Assembly: GCA_029856145.1 (NCBI GenBank)
Contig: JAHQWK010000028.1
Span: 15,316 to 79,315, forward strand
Direction of reading: 5' to 3'
DNA from: Promethearchaeia archaeon
Lineage (GTDB): Archaea > Asgardarchaeota > Lokiarchaeia > Sigyniarchaeales > SOKP01
DNA: 64,000 nt
In this document: positions 28,615 to 39,141 of the stretch, piece after piece
How the letters are laid out: each line of letters starts with the position of its first letter
How positions within the stretch are numbered: the first letter of the stretch is position 1
Position numbers and translations under genes: made by a program
Notes under the pieces: generated by a model
Databases searched by the model: none
The model's input: the letters and a program-made list of their open reading frames with translations, nothing else
What the model was told of the DNA's origin: nothing

Positions 28615-30024
28615 ATGAGATCACTTATCATGGAAAATATACAAAAATCCTTTGATGTAATAGTAGTTGGGGCTGGTACTGGTGGTACTACAGCTGCTAG
28701 ATTTGTTGCTAAGAAGGGTTTAGATGTATGTTTAATTGATAGAAAACAAAAGGCAAAGATTGGAGATAAAATATGTGGTGATGCAGTAGGAAATGAAATC
28801 TTTGAGATTTTAAAGATAAACCATCCAAAAAATGAAGAATTATCTTGTCATATAAAAGGAGCGAAATTATATTCACCAAATCTTAAGAAATGTATCACTT
28901 TATTAGATCCAAAACAAACAGGGTATGTAGTAAATAGAATAGAATTTGGACAAAGATTGTTGAATGAAGCTCTCGATGCCGGTGTAAAACAATTCTTAGA
29001 TAAAACCATGGCTTTAGATTTATTATACAAAAATGGAACGGTTAATGGACTTCAAGTTAAATTAAAAAATGGAGAAAAAGTAAATCTTAATGCTAAAATC
29101 GTAATTGATGCTAGTGGTTTTTATTCTCCTTTAAGAAAAAAAGTAAAAAGTTCTTTGATTGAAAAACAAGTTCTAAAGGAAGATAGCATATTATGTTATC
29201 GTGAAATCGTAAAATTTTCACCTAAAGATCAAGAAGTTAAAGATCCTGAATATATTACAATAATTCTCGATCAAGAAAAAGCTCCAGGAGGATATATTTG
29301 GTATTTCCCAAAAAATGAGTCGACTATTAATATAGGAATTGGAACATTTATGGAATATCGAGGTAAAGTAAAAGATCTCTATAAAAAAAATGTATTTCAA
29401 GAATATGTTAAAACTCGCAATGTCGACATTCTTTCGTCAGGTGGCGGTGTTGTTCCTGTTAGAAGACCATTATGGTCATGTGCTGACAACGGATTTATGC
29501 TTGTCGGTGATGCAGCATGCCAAGTTAATCCTCTTCATGGTGGCGGGATAGATCCCTCTATGAGAGCTGGATATCATGCAGCAAATTCAGCAATTCACGC
29601 TATAGAAATTGGTAACAATTCAATAAATGAATTGTGGGATTATAATTATAAAGTAATGACAAGTTTTGGAGCAGAATTTGCCTCATTAGATTTATTAAGA
29701 ATTGTACTTCAAACCCTTTCAAATGATGATTTGAATTTTGGTTTAGAACGTGATTTATTAAGTGGCGAAGATGTCTTAGAAATTTCTTCAACCGGTAGTT
29801 TAAATTTATCTTTAGTTGATATGGCAGTCAAAGCTTTTAAAGGGATTTCTCGTCCAAATTTGTTATTAGATCTAAATTTTCTTAGAATAAAAATGAAAGA
29901 GATCTCTAAATTTTATAAAAACTTTCCCCATAAATTGACACAATTTCCGGAATGGAAGGAAAAAATTATTGAAATTTATGATAAAATTAATAAAATGATT
30001 GTAAATAAGAAAAAAAGCAAATAA
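28615..30024 (+). CDS. Digeranylgeranylglycerophospholipid reductase (GGR family)
   Basis: VVGAGTGG, KICGDAV, APGGYIWYFPK, VGDAACQVNPLHGGGI. Confidence 0.9.
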   Translation: MRSLIMENIQKSFDVIVVGAGTGGTTAARFVAKKGLDVCLIDRKQKAKIGDKICGDAVGNEIFEILKINHPKNEELSCHIKGAKLYSPNLKKCITLLDPKQTGYVVNRIEFGQRLLNEALDAGVKQFLDKTMALDLLYKNGTVNGLQVKLKNGEKVNLNAKIVIDASGFYSPLRKKVKSSLIEKQVLKEDSILCYREIVKFSPKDQEVKDPEYITIILDQEKAPGGYIWYFPKNESTINIGIGTFMEYRGKVKDLYKKNVFQEYVKTRNVDILSSGGGVVPVRRPLWSCADNGFMLVGDAACQVNPLHGGGIDPSMRAGYHAANSAIHAIEIGNNSINELWDYNYKVMTSFGAEFASLDLLRIVLQTLSNDDLNFGLERDLLSGEDVLEISSTGSLNLSLVDMAVKAFKGISRPNLLLDLNFLRIKMKEISKFYKNFPHKLTQFPEWKEKIIEIYDKINKMIVNKKKSK

Positions 30025-30043
30025 GCATGAAGATGTGAAATAA

Positions 30044-30862
30044 ATGGTTGATATCATAATTGATGAATATATTGAAAGAAGTATATATGAATACATAATT
30101 AAAAAAATCAACAATGAAGGAGCCCTGCATTTTTCTTTAATAGACCCAGATCCATTAAGACAAAGTCCAAGTAAAGCAGCAAAAATGGCAAAATATGCTG
30201 AAGATGCTGGAACTGATGGGATCTTAATTGGGGGTAGCACTGTTTTTGATCAAAGTTTTGTAGATAAAACTATTCAAGCAATAAAAAGCAAAGTAGAAGT
30301 ACCGATAATTATTTTTCCTGGAGGTATTAGTAATATATCTCAATATGCTGATGCCATTTTTTTCATGTCATTATTGAACTCCTCTGATCCTTATTTTATT
30401 ATTGGTCAACAAGCCCTTGCTTCCTATACAATTAAATCCTATAATTTAGAATATATTTCAATGGCATACTTAATAATAGAACCTGGAGCGACTGCAGGCT
30501 GGATTGGAAATGCAAACTTATTACCAAGAAAAAAACCTAAATTAACAGCTGCGTATGCTTTGGCAGCTGAAATGATGGGTTTTAAAATCCTGTATTTAGA
30601 AGCAGGGTCTGGTAGCGAAAAAATTCCAATCGAACACGTTAAAACATGTTCATCAGTTTTAAATATTCCAATAATCACTGGAGGTGGAGTTGAGAATAAA
30701 GATGATGCGAGAGCATTTATTGAAGCAGGAGCCGACATTGTCGTTATGGGTACTTTCATAGAAAATAATGCCTTAAAAGATAATGGAAACTCATTAAAAG
30801 TTATAATTGATGAGATTAAAAAAACTGGTAAAACCCAGAAAAAAAATCATTCAATAAAATAA
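30044..30862 (+). CDS. Geranylgeranylglyceryl phosphate synthase (group II)
   Basis: HFSLIDPD, LIGGST, IFPG, FMSLLNS, AYLIIEPG, YLEAGSG. Confidence 0.93.
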   Translation: MVDIIIDEYIERSIYEYIIKKINNEGALHFSLIDPDPLRQSPSKAAKMAKYAEDAGTDGILIGGSTVFDQSFVDKTIQAIKSKVEVPIIIFPGGISNISQYADAIFFMSLLNSSDPYFIIGQQALASYTIKSYNLEYISMAYLIIEPGATAGWIGNANLLPRKKPKLTAAYALAAEMMGFKILYLEAGSGSEKIPIEHVKTCSSVLNIPIITGGGVENKDDARAFIEAGADIVVMGTFIENNALKDNGNSLKVIIDEIKKTGKTQKKNHSIK

Positions 30863-30875
30863 ACTTGGAATTATC

Positions 30876-31745
30876 ATGAAATTTAAAGACGCTATCGAAA
30901 TTCTTCGTCCGATTAATGATATTATGGGAAGCTTAACTGTTATTATAGGTATTTTAAATACTAGAAGTAATGATCCAATTATCCTAACTTGGAATATAAT
31001 TTTAGGTGTTATTACATACTTCTTTTTAGCAGGTTCAGGAATGGTTATAAACGATTACTATGATATAGAAATCGACAAAATAAATCGTCCTGAAAGACCG
31101 ATACCTAGAGGTGCAATAACATTAAAACAAGCAAAGATTTTATGGATCGCAACATCTCTAATCGGGATTACTATCGCAATACTTCATAGCTTCTTATTTA
31201 ATATTGGATACCTGAACGTTATTATAGCTGTTCTTTTTGCTTTTATGGGATGGTTATATGCAGCTTGGGGTAAAAAAAGTGGATTTATTGGAAATATAAT
31301 TGTTAGTATATCCTTTTCGATTGGACTTATTTACGGAGCTGTTTTAAACAATTCGAATGTACCTCCGTACATATATTTCTTCTTTTTAACGTCATTTTTC
31401 CTTTTACTTTCTCGAGAAGTTATTAAAGGTTGTGAAGATATTGAAGGAGATAAAAATCAAGGTGTAAAAACATTAGCAATTCAGATTGGGGTTAAAAAAT
31501 CAACAATTTTTTCTCTGATATTTGCATTATTAGCAATAGTTTTCTTTATACTACCATGTTTCACTAATATTTTAAATCGCTTGTTGTTTTTGATTTCTAT
31601 GGCTTTTGGTTTGGCTATAGTTTTATATGCTATCGTATTAATGTTAAAACGCAATTTAGAGAGAAAAGATTTTAAAAAAATTAGTCTAATATTAAAAATT
31701 GCTATGTTTCTCGGGTTAGTTGCTTTTATCTTTGCAAGCTTTTAA
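30876..31745 (+). CDS. Digeranylgeranylglyceryl phosphate synthase (UbiA family)
   Basis: INDYYDIEIDKINRPERPIPRG, REVIKGCEDIEGD; directly follows GGGPS. Confidence 0.92.
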   Translation: MKFKDAIEILRPINDIMGSLTVIIGILNTRSNDPIILTWNIILGVITYFFLAGSGMVINDYYDIEIDKINRPERPIPRGAITLKQAKILWIATSLIGITIAILHSFLFNIGYLNVIIAVLFAFMGWLYAAWGKKSGFIGNIIVSISFSIGLIYGAVLNNSNVPPYIYFFFLTSFFLLLSREVIKGCEDIEGDKNQGVKTLAIQIGVKKSTIFSLIFALLAIVFFILPCFTNILNRLLFLISMAFGLAIVLYAIVLMLKRNLERKDFKKISLILKIAMFLGLVAFIFASF

Positions 31746-33170
31746 CAATTCTAAAAGATCGTCGAAATCTTTCTTGTAGATTAAATCATTTAATTTACCT
31801 TTGAATTCCTCATTGATTTTATTATAAGGGAAAGTTTGAATTAATTTTCTAACTTGAGTTAAACCTAGATATTTTCTTGTATACTCTGCTTCAGAATATT
31901 TATAGGTTGTGAGGAATTCACTATCCAATTTCTCCCTAAACACTTCTAATATAAAATTGAAATAATTTTTTAGTAATATCTGTTCATTTGTTGTAATGAT
32001 TGGCTCCAAAAATATTTGAATTGGATGAGTTCGATATGTATTCCCTGAAACGTAAATTCCATCAACTTTAAAATTTTCAGCGATTATTCCTAATCCAACT
32101 CTTCCATCAAAAGACCCAGTATCAACTGTTCGAATATATAAAATGTTTGACTGGACCTTATCTTTTAAATTATCATTAATGTGTAGAATTAGACTCTTGT
32201 ATTCATTATTCTGATAGTTATTAGCATCAATCACTAGAATCTCATTGTACCCTTTATTTTTCAATACATCTTCCCTTAATAAGTAATAATTTACAATTAA
32301 GGGTTTTTGGGTTGGGTATTCAATAAGAAATTCCTCAAATTCAGAACCTGCACGATATTTAAATTCTGGTTTAAGAATGTATCTTTTTTCAATTAAATTA
32401 TCTTGCTTTTTTATTTTAATTCCCTTAAATTCTATATTTTCAGACTTTGGAACTTTTTTTCTTTTAAAGATACTAATACAGATGTTTGTTCCTGTATATT
32501 CAAATATTTTTATTTCCAATATTATCATTTTAGTAATTTTATAGTATTTAAGGAAATCAGTGCGGAATTTATTGGAAACAGACGCACCAAATAAGAAATT
32601 TGATGGAATAATATAAATTAAATTTTTAATCTCATTTCTCATATCATTTATCATGGCAATTTGGTATAAATCTTGATAACCTTCATTTTTACCTTTAAAA
32701 AATTCTAAGTATTTTTGAGTTTCTTTGTGCTTTCTAATATAGCCTAAATATAAATATGGTGGATTTGTTATGTGAAATAAAGGAAACGGTGCATTATTCA
32801 AAAATTTAGGGAAACTCTCTAAATTATCTCGTAATTTAATATTCTTTTCGGCAATTTTTGAAGGGATACCATAATTTTTAGCATTAAAGATGCATTTATG
32901 AACCATTTCTGGTTGAATGTCAAATAAAAAAATATGTTCCTTAAAAAATTGAATTCTTTTTTCAACTGAAATTAAATTTAAAATAGGTAAAATTAAATTT
33001 CCCTCTCCAGCATATAAATCAATCCATGTATATTCCCATAATTTCTCTTTTATTTCAGGAAATATATATTTTAAAAAAATGTCTCTTGAAGTTAAATGAA
33101 CCCCTAAAGTTCTTCGATGTTTATTATTTTTAAAGTCTTGTAACTTATTTCCCATATGAATTTGACTCAC
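31716..33170 (-). CDS. N6-adenine DNA methyltransferase-like protein
   Basis: LGVHLT, IDLYAGEGNL (motif I), ITNPPY (motif IV), YIIPSNFLF. Confidence 0.82.
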   Translation of the reverse strand: MSQIHMGNKLQDFKNNKHRRTLGVHLTSRDIFLKYIFPEIKEKLWEYTWIDLYAGEGNLILPILNLISVEKRIQFFKEHIFLFDIQPEMVHKCIFNAKNYGIPSKIAEKNIKLRDNLESFPKFLNNAPFPLFHITNPPYLYLGYIRKHKETQKYLEFFKGKNEGYQDLYQIAMINDMRNEIKNLIYIIPSNFLFGASVSNKFRTDFLKYYKITKMIILEIKIFEYTGTNICISIFKRKKVPKSENIEFKGIKIKKQDNLIEKRYILKPEFKYRAGSEFEEFLIEYPTQKPLIVNYYLLREDVLKNKGYNEILVIDANNYQNNEYKSLILHINDNLKDKVQSNILYIRTVDTGSFDGRVGLGIIAENFKVDGIYVSGNTYRTHPIQIFLEPIITTNEQILLKNYFNFILEVFREKLDSEFLTTYKYSEAEYTRKYLGLTQVRKLIQTFPYNKINEEFKGKLNDLIYKKDFDDLLELLKACKDKSN

Positions 33171-33321
33171 TAGAACTTACAGATAATTTTATTAATAACT
33201 TAGTCTCAATATAAGTTTATGATTAATTGGATTATAATTTTATTTCTGTTAATCTGTTCTAATACCTACTTTTAAAAAAAAATTAAATAAAAAAGTAAAA
33301 AAAAAAAATTGAATTTAATCC

Positions 33322-34371
33322 CTAAATTTTGTACTTTTCAGCCTTATAGATTTTATAGAAGTCTTCAATCGTACTAAGTGCTACTAAAGCTATTATCAAG
33401 CCTGCAATTCCTCTAAAAATCCCATAAAATTCTGGTGCAATTCCTATATTTATAAGAGCATCCCCAGGTTCGTTAACGACTAATATTGGAAATATATCCG
33501 GTCGATTCATCATCAAGATTACTACTGAAATTGAAGCGAGTTTTATACCTATCGTTATACCATGTATTATTTGATGAGCAAACATTTGTCTATTTCCTAT
33601 TAGTCCTCGACTTAAATCTAAGATCCCTTCAATTAAAATGAATAACCCAGCGAATTGTAAATATAAAAGAAATTCTGGGTCAATTAAACTTGTTATGGCA
33701 GGAATTGGCTGTGCTATAAAGAAAACCCCAACCGCAAGTGCGATTGCTCCACCAATAATTTCTCCTATAGGTTTTATAAATGGTTTTGTTGGTTTTTTCT
33801 TTATCTCTGAAATTGGAATTCCTTCTTCACGAGCGATTTCAAGTTGTTCTTTATACTTTTCACGTTCTTTTTTCGATTTAAAATCCTCAGGAAAATATCC
33901 TTCCATTGATAGTGCAACGAATATTATGGTTATTATAGCAAAAGATGAAAGACATCCAATTTGTATTCCTTGAATTATGCCACCGATTAATTCACCAAAA
34001 TCAACATTACCAAATATAAAATTTACTACTTGGGTTATGATAGAAATCCCAATTATAACAGAAAATACAATAACTAAAACCTTAATAAAAACAGGCCACA
34101 TCTCCTGGGTAATATAGAATTTTGGCGTTCCTCGACGTTTGTATTCCTTTGCAATACTCTCTGGTTTTCCCATATGAGTAATTGCCATCCGAATAGAATT
34201 TATTGAGGGTTGGCCAGTTTCAGACAATTCTTCTGCTTTGCTCCAAATGTGTTCTTCAAGCTCAGCCAAGATTTCCTTATGCTCTTTTTTATCTTTTAGC
34301 CATTCAGGTAATTTTGATTTGACTTCCTTCAAATATTCTTTTACTATATTTTTCATTTCTTTTTCACTCAT
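33322..34371 (-). CDS. HAAS-domain membrane protein (PadR partner)
   Basis: EYLKEVKSKLP...ILAELEEHI...MGKPESIAKEY, followed by about 6 TM; overlaps the padR stop. Confidence 0.8.
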   Translation of the reverse strand: MSEKEMKNIVKEYLKEVKSKLPEWLKDKKEHKEILAELEEHIWSKAEELSETGQPSINSIRMAITHMGKPESIAKEYKRRGTPKFYITQEMWPVFIKVLVIVFSVIIGISIITQVVNFIFGNVDFGELIGGIIQGIQIGCLSSFAIITIIFVALSMEGYFPEDFKSKKEREKYKEQLEIAREEGIPISEIKKKPTKPFIKPIGEIIGGAIALAVGVFFIAQPIPAITSLIDPEFLLYLQFAGLFILIEGILDLSRGLIGNRQMFAHQIIHGITIGIKLASISVVILMMNRPDIFPILVVNEPGDALINIGIAPEFYGIFRGIAGLIIALVALSTIEDFYKIYKAEKYKI

Positions 34372-34906
34372 TTTTTAAACCTCTTCCTTTTAATTCTTTT
34401 TCAATATTATGCCCACATACATCACAAAAGCGAAGTTCAAGATTTATGAGCTCGATTTTGTTAGCACACATAGGACAAAATAAATATTTTTCCGATTTTA
34501 AGTTAACACTTACATCAAACAGCGGTGCAATAGCCTCAGTTAATTTACTATAAAATCCCGCAAGATGATTAAAAATTTTCTTCCCATACTCAGTAACACT
34601 ATAAAATTTTCTCCTTCTACCTGATTCTTCTCTTTCTGATTTTATTATATTATCGTCCTCTAATTTTCTCAAGATAGGATAAAGTGTTCCTTCTTCAATA
34701 ACTAACATTTCATTTGTATGATCTGTTAAATCTTTCAAGATTTTATAACCATGTAGACCATTCTCACCTGCTTGAATTAGTATCGATAATATGCAAAGTG
34801 AACTTATACCCCTATTAATCTCAGTTTCTTGTTTTTCTACAAAATCTCTGAAATCTTTTGAAGCTATCAATGCATTTGAATCTAATTCTCTTACACGTTT
34901 TATCAT
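34364..34906 (-). CDS. PadR family transcriptional regulator with C-terminal zinc ribbon
   Basis: LHGYKIL, EGTLYPILRKLE, RRKFYSVTEYG; CPMC...CDVC. Confidence 0.9.
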   Translation of the reverse strand: MIKRVRELDSNALIASKDFRDFVEKQETEINRGISSLCILSILIQAGENGLHGYKILKDLTDHTNEMLVIEEGTLYPILRKLEDDNIIKSEREESGRRRKFYSVTEYGKKIFNHLAGFYSKLTEAIAPLFDVSVNLKSEKYLFCPMCANKIELINLELRFCDVCGHNIEKELKGRGLKNE

Positions 34907-34948
34907 ATTTTATAGCTCCTTTTTTTTATTTTTCGTATTTTTTAATAA

Positions 34949-34984
34949 TATAGTATTTTATGAATACTATACTATACATAGTAT
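34949..34984. promoter_or_regulatory. Palindromic operator-like site upstream of padR
   Basis: TATAGTATT-ttatg-AATACTATA (34949-34971), overlapped by ATACTAT-ac-ATAGTAT (34969-34984). Confidence 0.6.
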
Positions 34985-35092
34985 TTAAAGTTTACTATTC
35001 TTTGCAAAGTATACTTTTTTTAAAGGTTTAAATTTTCACCAATTTTTACTAACTAAAACCTAAATTTTTAGGAATAGAATTTAAATCTAAAT

Positions 35093-36598
35093 ATGAATTA
35101 TAAAAACACTCCCATCATTGTAGGAGCCGCTCAAATCACACAGCAAAGAGATGTAGTTCAACCTCTTGATCCTCTTAATTTGATAGCAAAGGGAAGTCAA
35201 AATGCTCTTGATATGTCCGGAGTAGACGGTTTACGAAATGTTATTGACACAATATATATGTCGACTATTTCTAGCTGGATTTATGATGACGCTCCAAGTA
35301 AACTTAGTATGCTTCTTGGTATAGAACCCAATCAAAAATATTCTGCACCCATAAGTGGTAACACACCTCAATTATTAGTCAATAAAGCTGCTAAAGCGAT
35401 ATTCTTAGGTGAGAGTAAAGCAATTCTTATTGCAGGAGGAGAAGCATCTTATTCTAAATATCGTGCAAAAAAAGGCGAAATTACATTAAATTGGCCAAAA
35501 CCACCTCCAAGAGCAGTAAATAAAGCTCGAAGAGCAATTATATTTTACTTAAGCCAGTTTGAAAATCATTATAGATTTACTAACCCTACATATACATACG
35601 CTTTAATTGAGACGGCCTTAAGAGCATCTTCAGGTAGAAGTTTAAAAGAACACTTAGATTATATCGGCAAACGCTATGAACGCTTCTCAATCATTGCTTC
35701 TAAAAATATTTATGCTTGGGAGCAAAAAAAATTTAATGCCGAAGAGATTATTACTCCCAGTCCTGATAATCGAATAGTATGCCATCCATATACTAAACGT
35801 ATGGTCGCTAACCTTTATGTAGATCAATCTGCGGCTTTAATAATGACAACAGAAGATATTGCTCAGAAACTAGGGATTGCGCGAAAATTCTGGGTTTACC
35901 CAATGGGAGGTGCTGATCTTATAAATATTTTTTATTTATCTCAACGTCCTCAGCTATATAATTCACCTGCGATTAGAAAAGCATCACGACTAGCATTGGA
36001 GCAGGCAGGTCTCAAACTAAATGACATCGATGTTTTTGATCTTTATAATTGCTTTCCTTGTTTGGTTGAAATTGCTAGGCAAGAAATTGGTATTCCTGAA
36101 GATGATCCACGTGATTTAACCGTAACAGGAGGACTTTCTTTTTTTGGTGGACCTTTTAGCAGCTATTCTATGCATTCAATTGTAACAGCAGTTGATCTCA
36201 TCCAAAAAAAGCCATCAATGAAAATAATGATCTTAGCAAATGGAGGATATAATACAGCGGAGTCAATTGGGATTTATGGAAATGAACCTCCCGCAAAACC
36301 TTGGAATGAATTTAATTATACCAGCTTCCAAAAAATAATTGAAGCAAAAGCTTTACCTAAACCGATTGAAAAAGCAAAAGGAAATCTTATAGTTGAAGCA
36401 TATACAATTATATATGATAGAAAGGGGTTACCAGAATGGGGTGTTGTTATGGGACGCTTAGATAGAGGGGAACGCACTCTAGCTTTTATCATGGCAGATC
36501 CAGAAACATTTTTAAAATTAGAACAACAGGAACTTATAGGACAAAAATTTTTGGTAAAATATAACTATGAATTAAAATATAATGAGCTAATCTTTTAA
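35093..36598 (+). CDS. Thiolase-like (acetyl-CoA acetyltransferase-related) protein
   Basis: PIIVGAAQ, GNTPQLLV, NRIVCHPYTKRM, DLYNCFP, TVTGGLSFFGGP, VEAYTIIY. Confidence 0.85.
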   Translation: MNYKNTPIIVGAAQITQQRDVVQPLDPLNLIAKGSQNALDMSGVDGLRNVIDTIYMSTISSWIYDDAPSKLSMLLGIEPNQKYSAPISGNTPQLLVNKAAKAIFLGESKAILIAGGEASYSKYRAKKGEITLNWPKPPPRAVNKARRAIIFYLSQFENHYRFTNPTYTYALIETALRASSGRSLKEHLDYIGKRYERFSIIASKNIYAWEQKKFNAEEIITPSPDNRIVCHPYTKRMVANLYVDQSAALIMTTEDIAQKLGIARKFWVYPMGGADLINIFYLSQRPQLYNSPAIRKASRLALEQAGLKLNDIDVFDLYNCFPCLVEIARQEIGIPEDDPRDLTVTGGLSFFGGPFSSYSMHSIVTAVDLIQKKPSMKIMILANGGYNTAESIGIYGNEPPAKPWNEFNYTSFQKIIEAKALPKPIEKAKGNLIVEAYTIIYDRKGLPEWGVVMGRLDRGERTLAFIMADPETFLKLEQQELIGQKFLVKYNYELKYNELIF

Positions 36599-36817
36599 AA
36601 TTAAGTTTTTTTATTCTTTTATTTTATCATTAGAATTTGTACTTTATATTATTATATTTAGATACGGAATTAATGGAAAAGGAAACAAATAAAAAGATAT
36701 AATTTATAATTTTTATAAAAGGAGACGGGATAAGAATAATTTGAATTCAGTTTCTGGGTAAAGAATAAATTTAATATTTATAAAATGTTAATAATATAAT
36801 AAGAAGGGTAATATGAT

Positions 36818-37597
36818 ATGGGCAATAAAAGTTCATATAAGGAATTCGTAGATCCTATTTTCATAAAAATGAAAAAAAACAGTAAATATATATATTATAC
36901 ACTCACGAAGCCTAAAATTGTTAAGATTTCTATATATATTAGTCTACTCACTTTTTTTCCAGGATTGATCTTGGGATTAATTATTGCAATTAATTTTGGT
37001 TCTCTTGAATATAGTGTTTTGTATAATTGGATAAGTGATTTAGGATCTTTTATATATACCCCTGCACCCTTCATTTTAGATTTAACATGTATATTAAGCG
37101 CAATTTTCATTGTTCCTTTAATCTTGAATTTAAGTCGATTGTATAGTTCACATCAAAATCATGAATTAGATAACTCAAAGAAGGAGCATTATACTATATT
37201 GTTTCGAAGAATATTTGGATATATTGGTGTTGTGTGCCTTTTTGTTGGTGTTATTGGAATGTTTTTTATTGGAGTATTTAGTTTAGATCGTTCTCCTTTT
37301 GATTTACATTTTTATTTCTCAACTTCGGCGTTTGGTGGATTTATATTTGGTGCTTTTTTTACAGGTTTAGCAATCGTATTAAGGAAAAGATTATTTCCTA
37401 AAACTGTTGGTTTTTTTATGATCTTTGGTCCATCAACAGCCTCTATATTATATTTACTTTGTCCAGCACCGTTAACAAGACAGTTTCTTGAATGGATACT
37501 GATGTTTAGCTCACTAGCATGGTATTATGTCATTGTTTTCATTACACTACAAAAACTAAATACGCTCCTCTTTTTTAATCCTGATTTTAAATGGTAA
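36818..37597 (+). CDS. DUF998-like membrane protein
   Basis: YSVLYNWISDLG, GMFFIGVFS...LH, LEW; 6 TM. Confidence 0.7.
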   Translation: MGNKSSYKEFVDPIFIKMKKNSKYIYYTLTKPKIVKISIYISLLTFFPGLILGLIIAINFGSLEYSVLYNWISDLGSFIYTPAPFILDLTCILSAIFIVPLILNLSRLYSSHQNHELDNSKKEHYTILFRRIFGYIGVVCLFVGVIGMFFIGVFSLDRSPFDLHFYFSTSAFGGFIFGAFFTGLAIVLRKRLFPKTVGFFMIFGPSTASILYLLCPAPLTRQFLEWILMFSSLAWYYVIVFITLQKLNTLLFFNPDFKW

Positions 37598-37793
37598 CAA
37601 TATGGATTAATACAAATCTCTCTTTTTTTCCTTCGGAAGTAATTGAAGTAAATATCTAAATTCTTCTTTTATGTTTTAGTATAATCTCATTAATACAATT
37701 GAAAAATGGACTCCATTAGTTTTAATAGCATTTTAAAATTAATTCTAATCAATATAGAAAAATCATTTATATTCAAATCAAATAAATAAAGGA

Positions 37794-39083
37794 TTGAAAA
37801 TGAGCTATTCTGAAAATGAAATAATAAATAATTATCTCACTCAAGTATATAAAAAACTTCCTGAATGGCTTAAACTAAAAAAGGAAGATGCTGATAAAAT
37901 TTTAAAAGATTTGGAAAACCAAATTTTAAGTGAATCAAGAAATATTGCTGAAGGTCAAGAACCCTCTGATGCTGATATACAACAAACTTTATTCCAAATT
38001 GGAACTCCTGAAAGTATTGCTAAGATATATAAACTTCGAGGTACACCAAAATTATACATAACAGAAGAACTTTTTGACTTTTATATAAGAACGATGCTTT
38101 TTTTCTTTATAATTGTCATTGCAATAAATGTTATTGTATCAATTTTTCAATTTTTCTTCCAACCATGGTGGCAAGTTTTTGGGAGTATGTTTACAGGGAT
38201 ATGGATTGGGTGTTTGATAACGGCTATTGTTATTACAATTCTGTTCGTCTATTTTTCCATGCAAGGCTTTTTACCCGAAGATTTTGGCTTCATTCCCTCA
38301 CGATTAGCGTTGATATTCCCTTTTCATATATCAGAAATGGGTTTACAAGAAACTAGAGAATATACTAAAGCAAAATTAGAGGAAGCAAGTCAAAAAACAA
38401 AGGAAACAATCACAGAAGCACGAATCCGTATGAAAGAAAAATTAACTGAAATAAAAGCTATCACAAAAGAAAAATTAGAAGCAACAGAATTAAGGAGAGA
38501 ACAAAAGCTACTAGACGCTAAAATTCGAAGAGAAGAGAAATTAGAAAGAGCCAAACAACGTAGAGAAGGAAGAAGAGAAGAAGCTAAGTTAAAAAGAGAT
38601 TTAAAAAAAAAGCAGCCAGTTACTATTGGTGAATTAATTTTTGGTGCTATTGGAGGAATCGTATTTGGACTATTCATTATTATACAGCCTTTTGCAGGGA
38701 TTCCAGGATTATTTGTCACTGAATTCCTCGATTGGTTAAAATTATTCGGATTGCTTATAGTTATCAGTGGTTTAATTAACTTGATTCGATTAGCAATTGG
38801 CGTTAGAAATCATACAGGTCAACAAGTAATGCTAGTGCTCGAAGCACTATATTCATTAGCATTCATACCTGTCTTTTTGATTCTTTTAAATAATCCTGAG
38901 ATATTTCCAATTTCTCTTTTTTCAGGAGGTACTATCTCTGTCATTCCGTATGATACAAGCAATTTAGCTTACATTATTTATTTCTGGATAATAATTGGAA
39001 TAATAATTGCAATTTTGGGCTCTATGATAGGGAACTTTTACAAAGTAAGTAAGCTTCAAAAATTAAAAGCAGAATTTTATTGA
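37794..39083 (+). CDS. HAAS-domain membrane protein with charged coiled-coil insert; paralog of 33322..34371
   Basis: KKLPEWLK, GTPESIAKIYKLRGTPKLYITEE, SMQGFLPEDF shared with the paralog. Confidence 0.8.
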   Translation: MKMSYSENEIINNYLTQVYKKLPEWLKLKKEDADKILKDLENQILSESRNIAEGQEPSDADIQQTLFQIGTPESIAKIYKLRGTPKLYITEELFDFYIRTMLFFFIIVIAINVIVSIFQFFFQPWWQVFGSMFTGIWIGCLITAIVITILFVYFSMQGFLPEDFGFIPSRLALIFPFHISEMGLQETREYTKAKLEEASQKTKETITEARIRMKEKLTEIKAITKEKLEATELRREQKLLDAKIRREEKLERAKQRREGRREEAKLKRDLKKKQPVTIGELIFGAIGGIVFGLFIIIQPFAGIPGLFVTEFLDWLKLFGLLIVISGLINLIRLAIGVRNHTGQQVMLVLEALYSLAFIPVFLILLNNPEIFPISLFSGGTISVIPYDTSNLAYIIYFWIIIGIIIAILGSMIGNFYKVSKLQKLKAEFY

Positions 39084-39141
39084 TATCTTTATAATAAAAT
39101 CAAATTTTTTTTTCTTATTCTCTTATATTTATATACTAATA

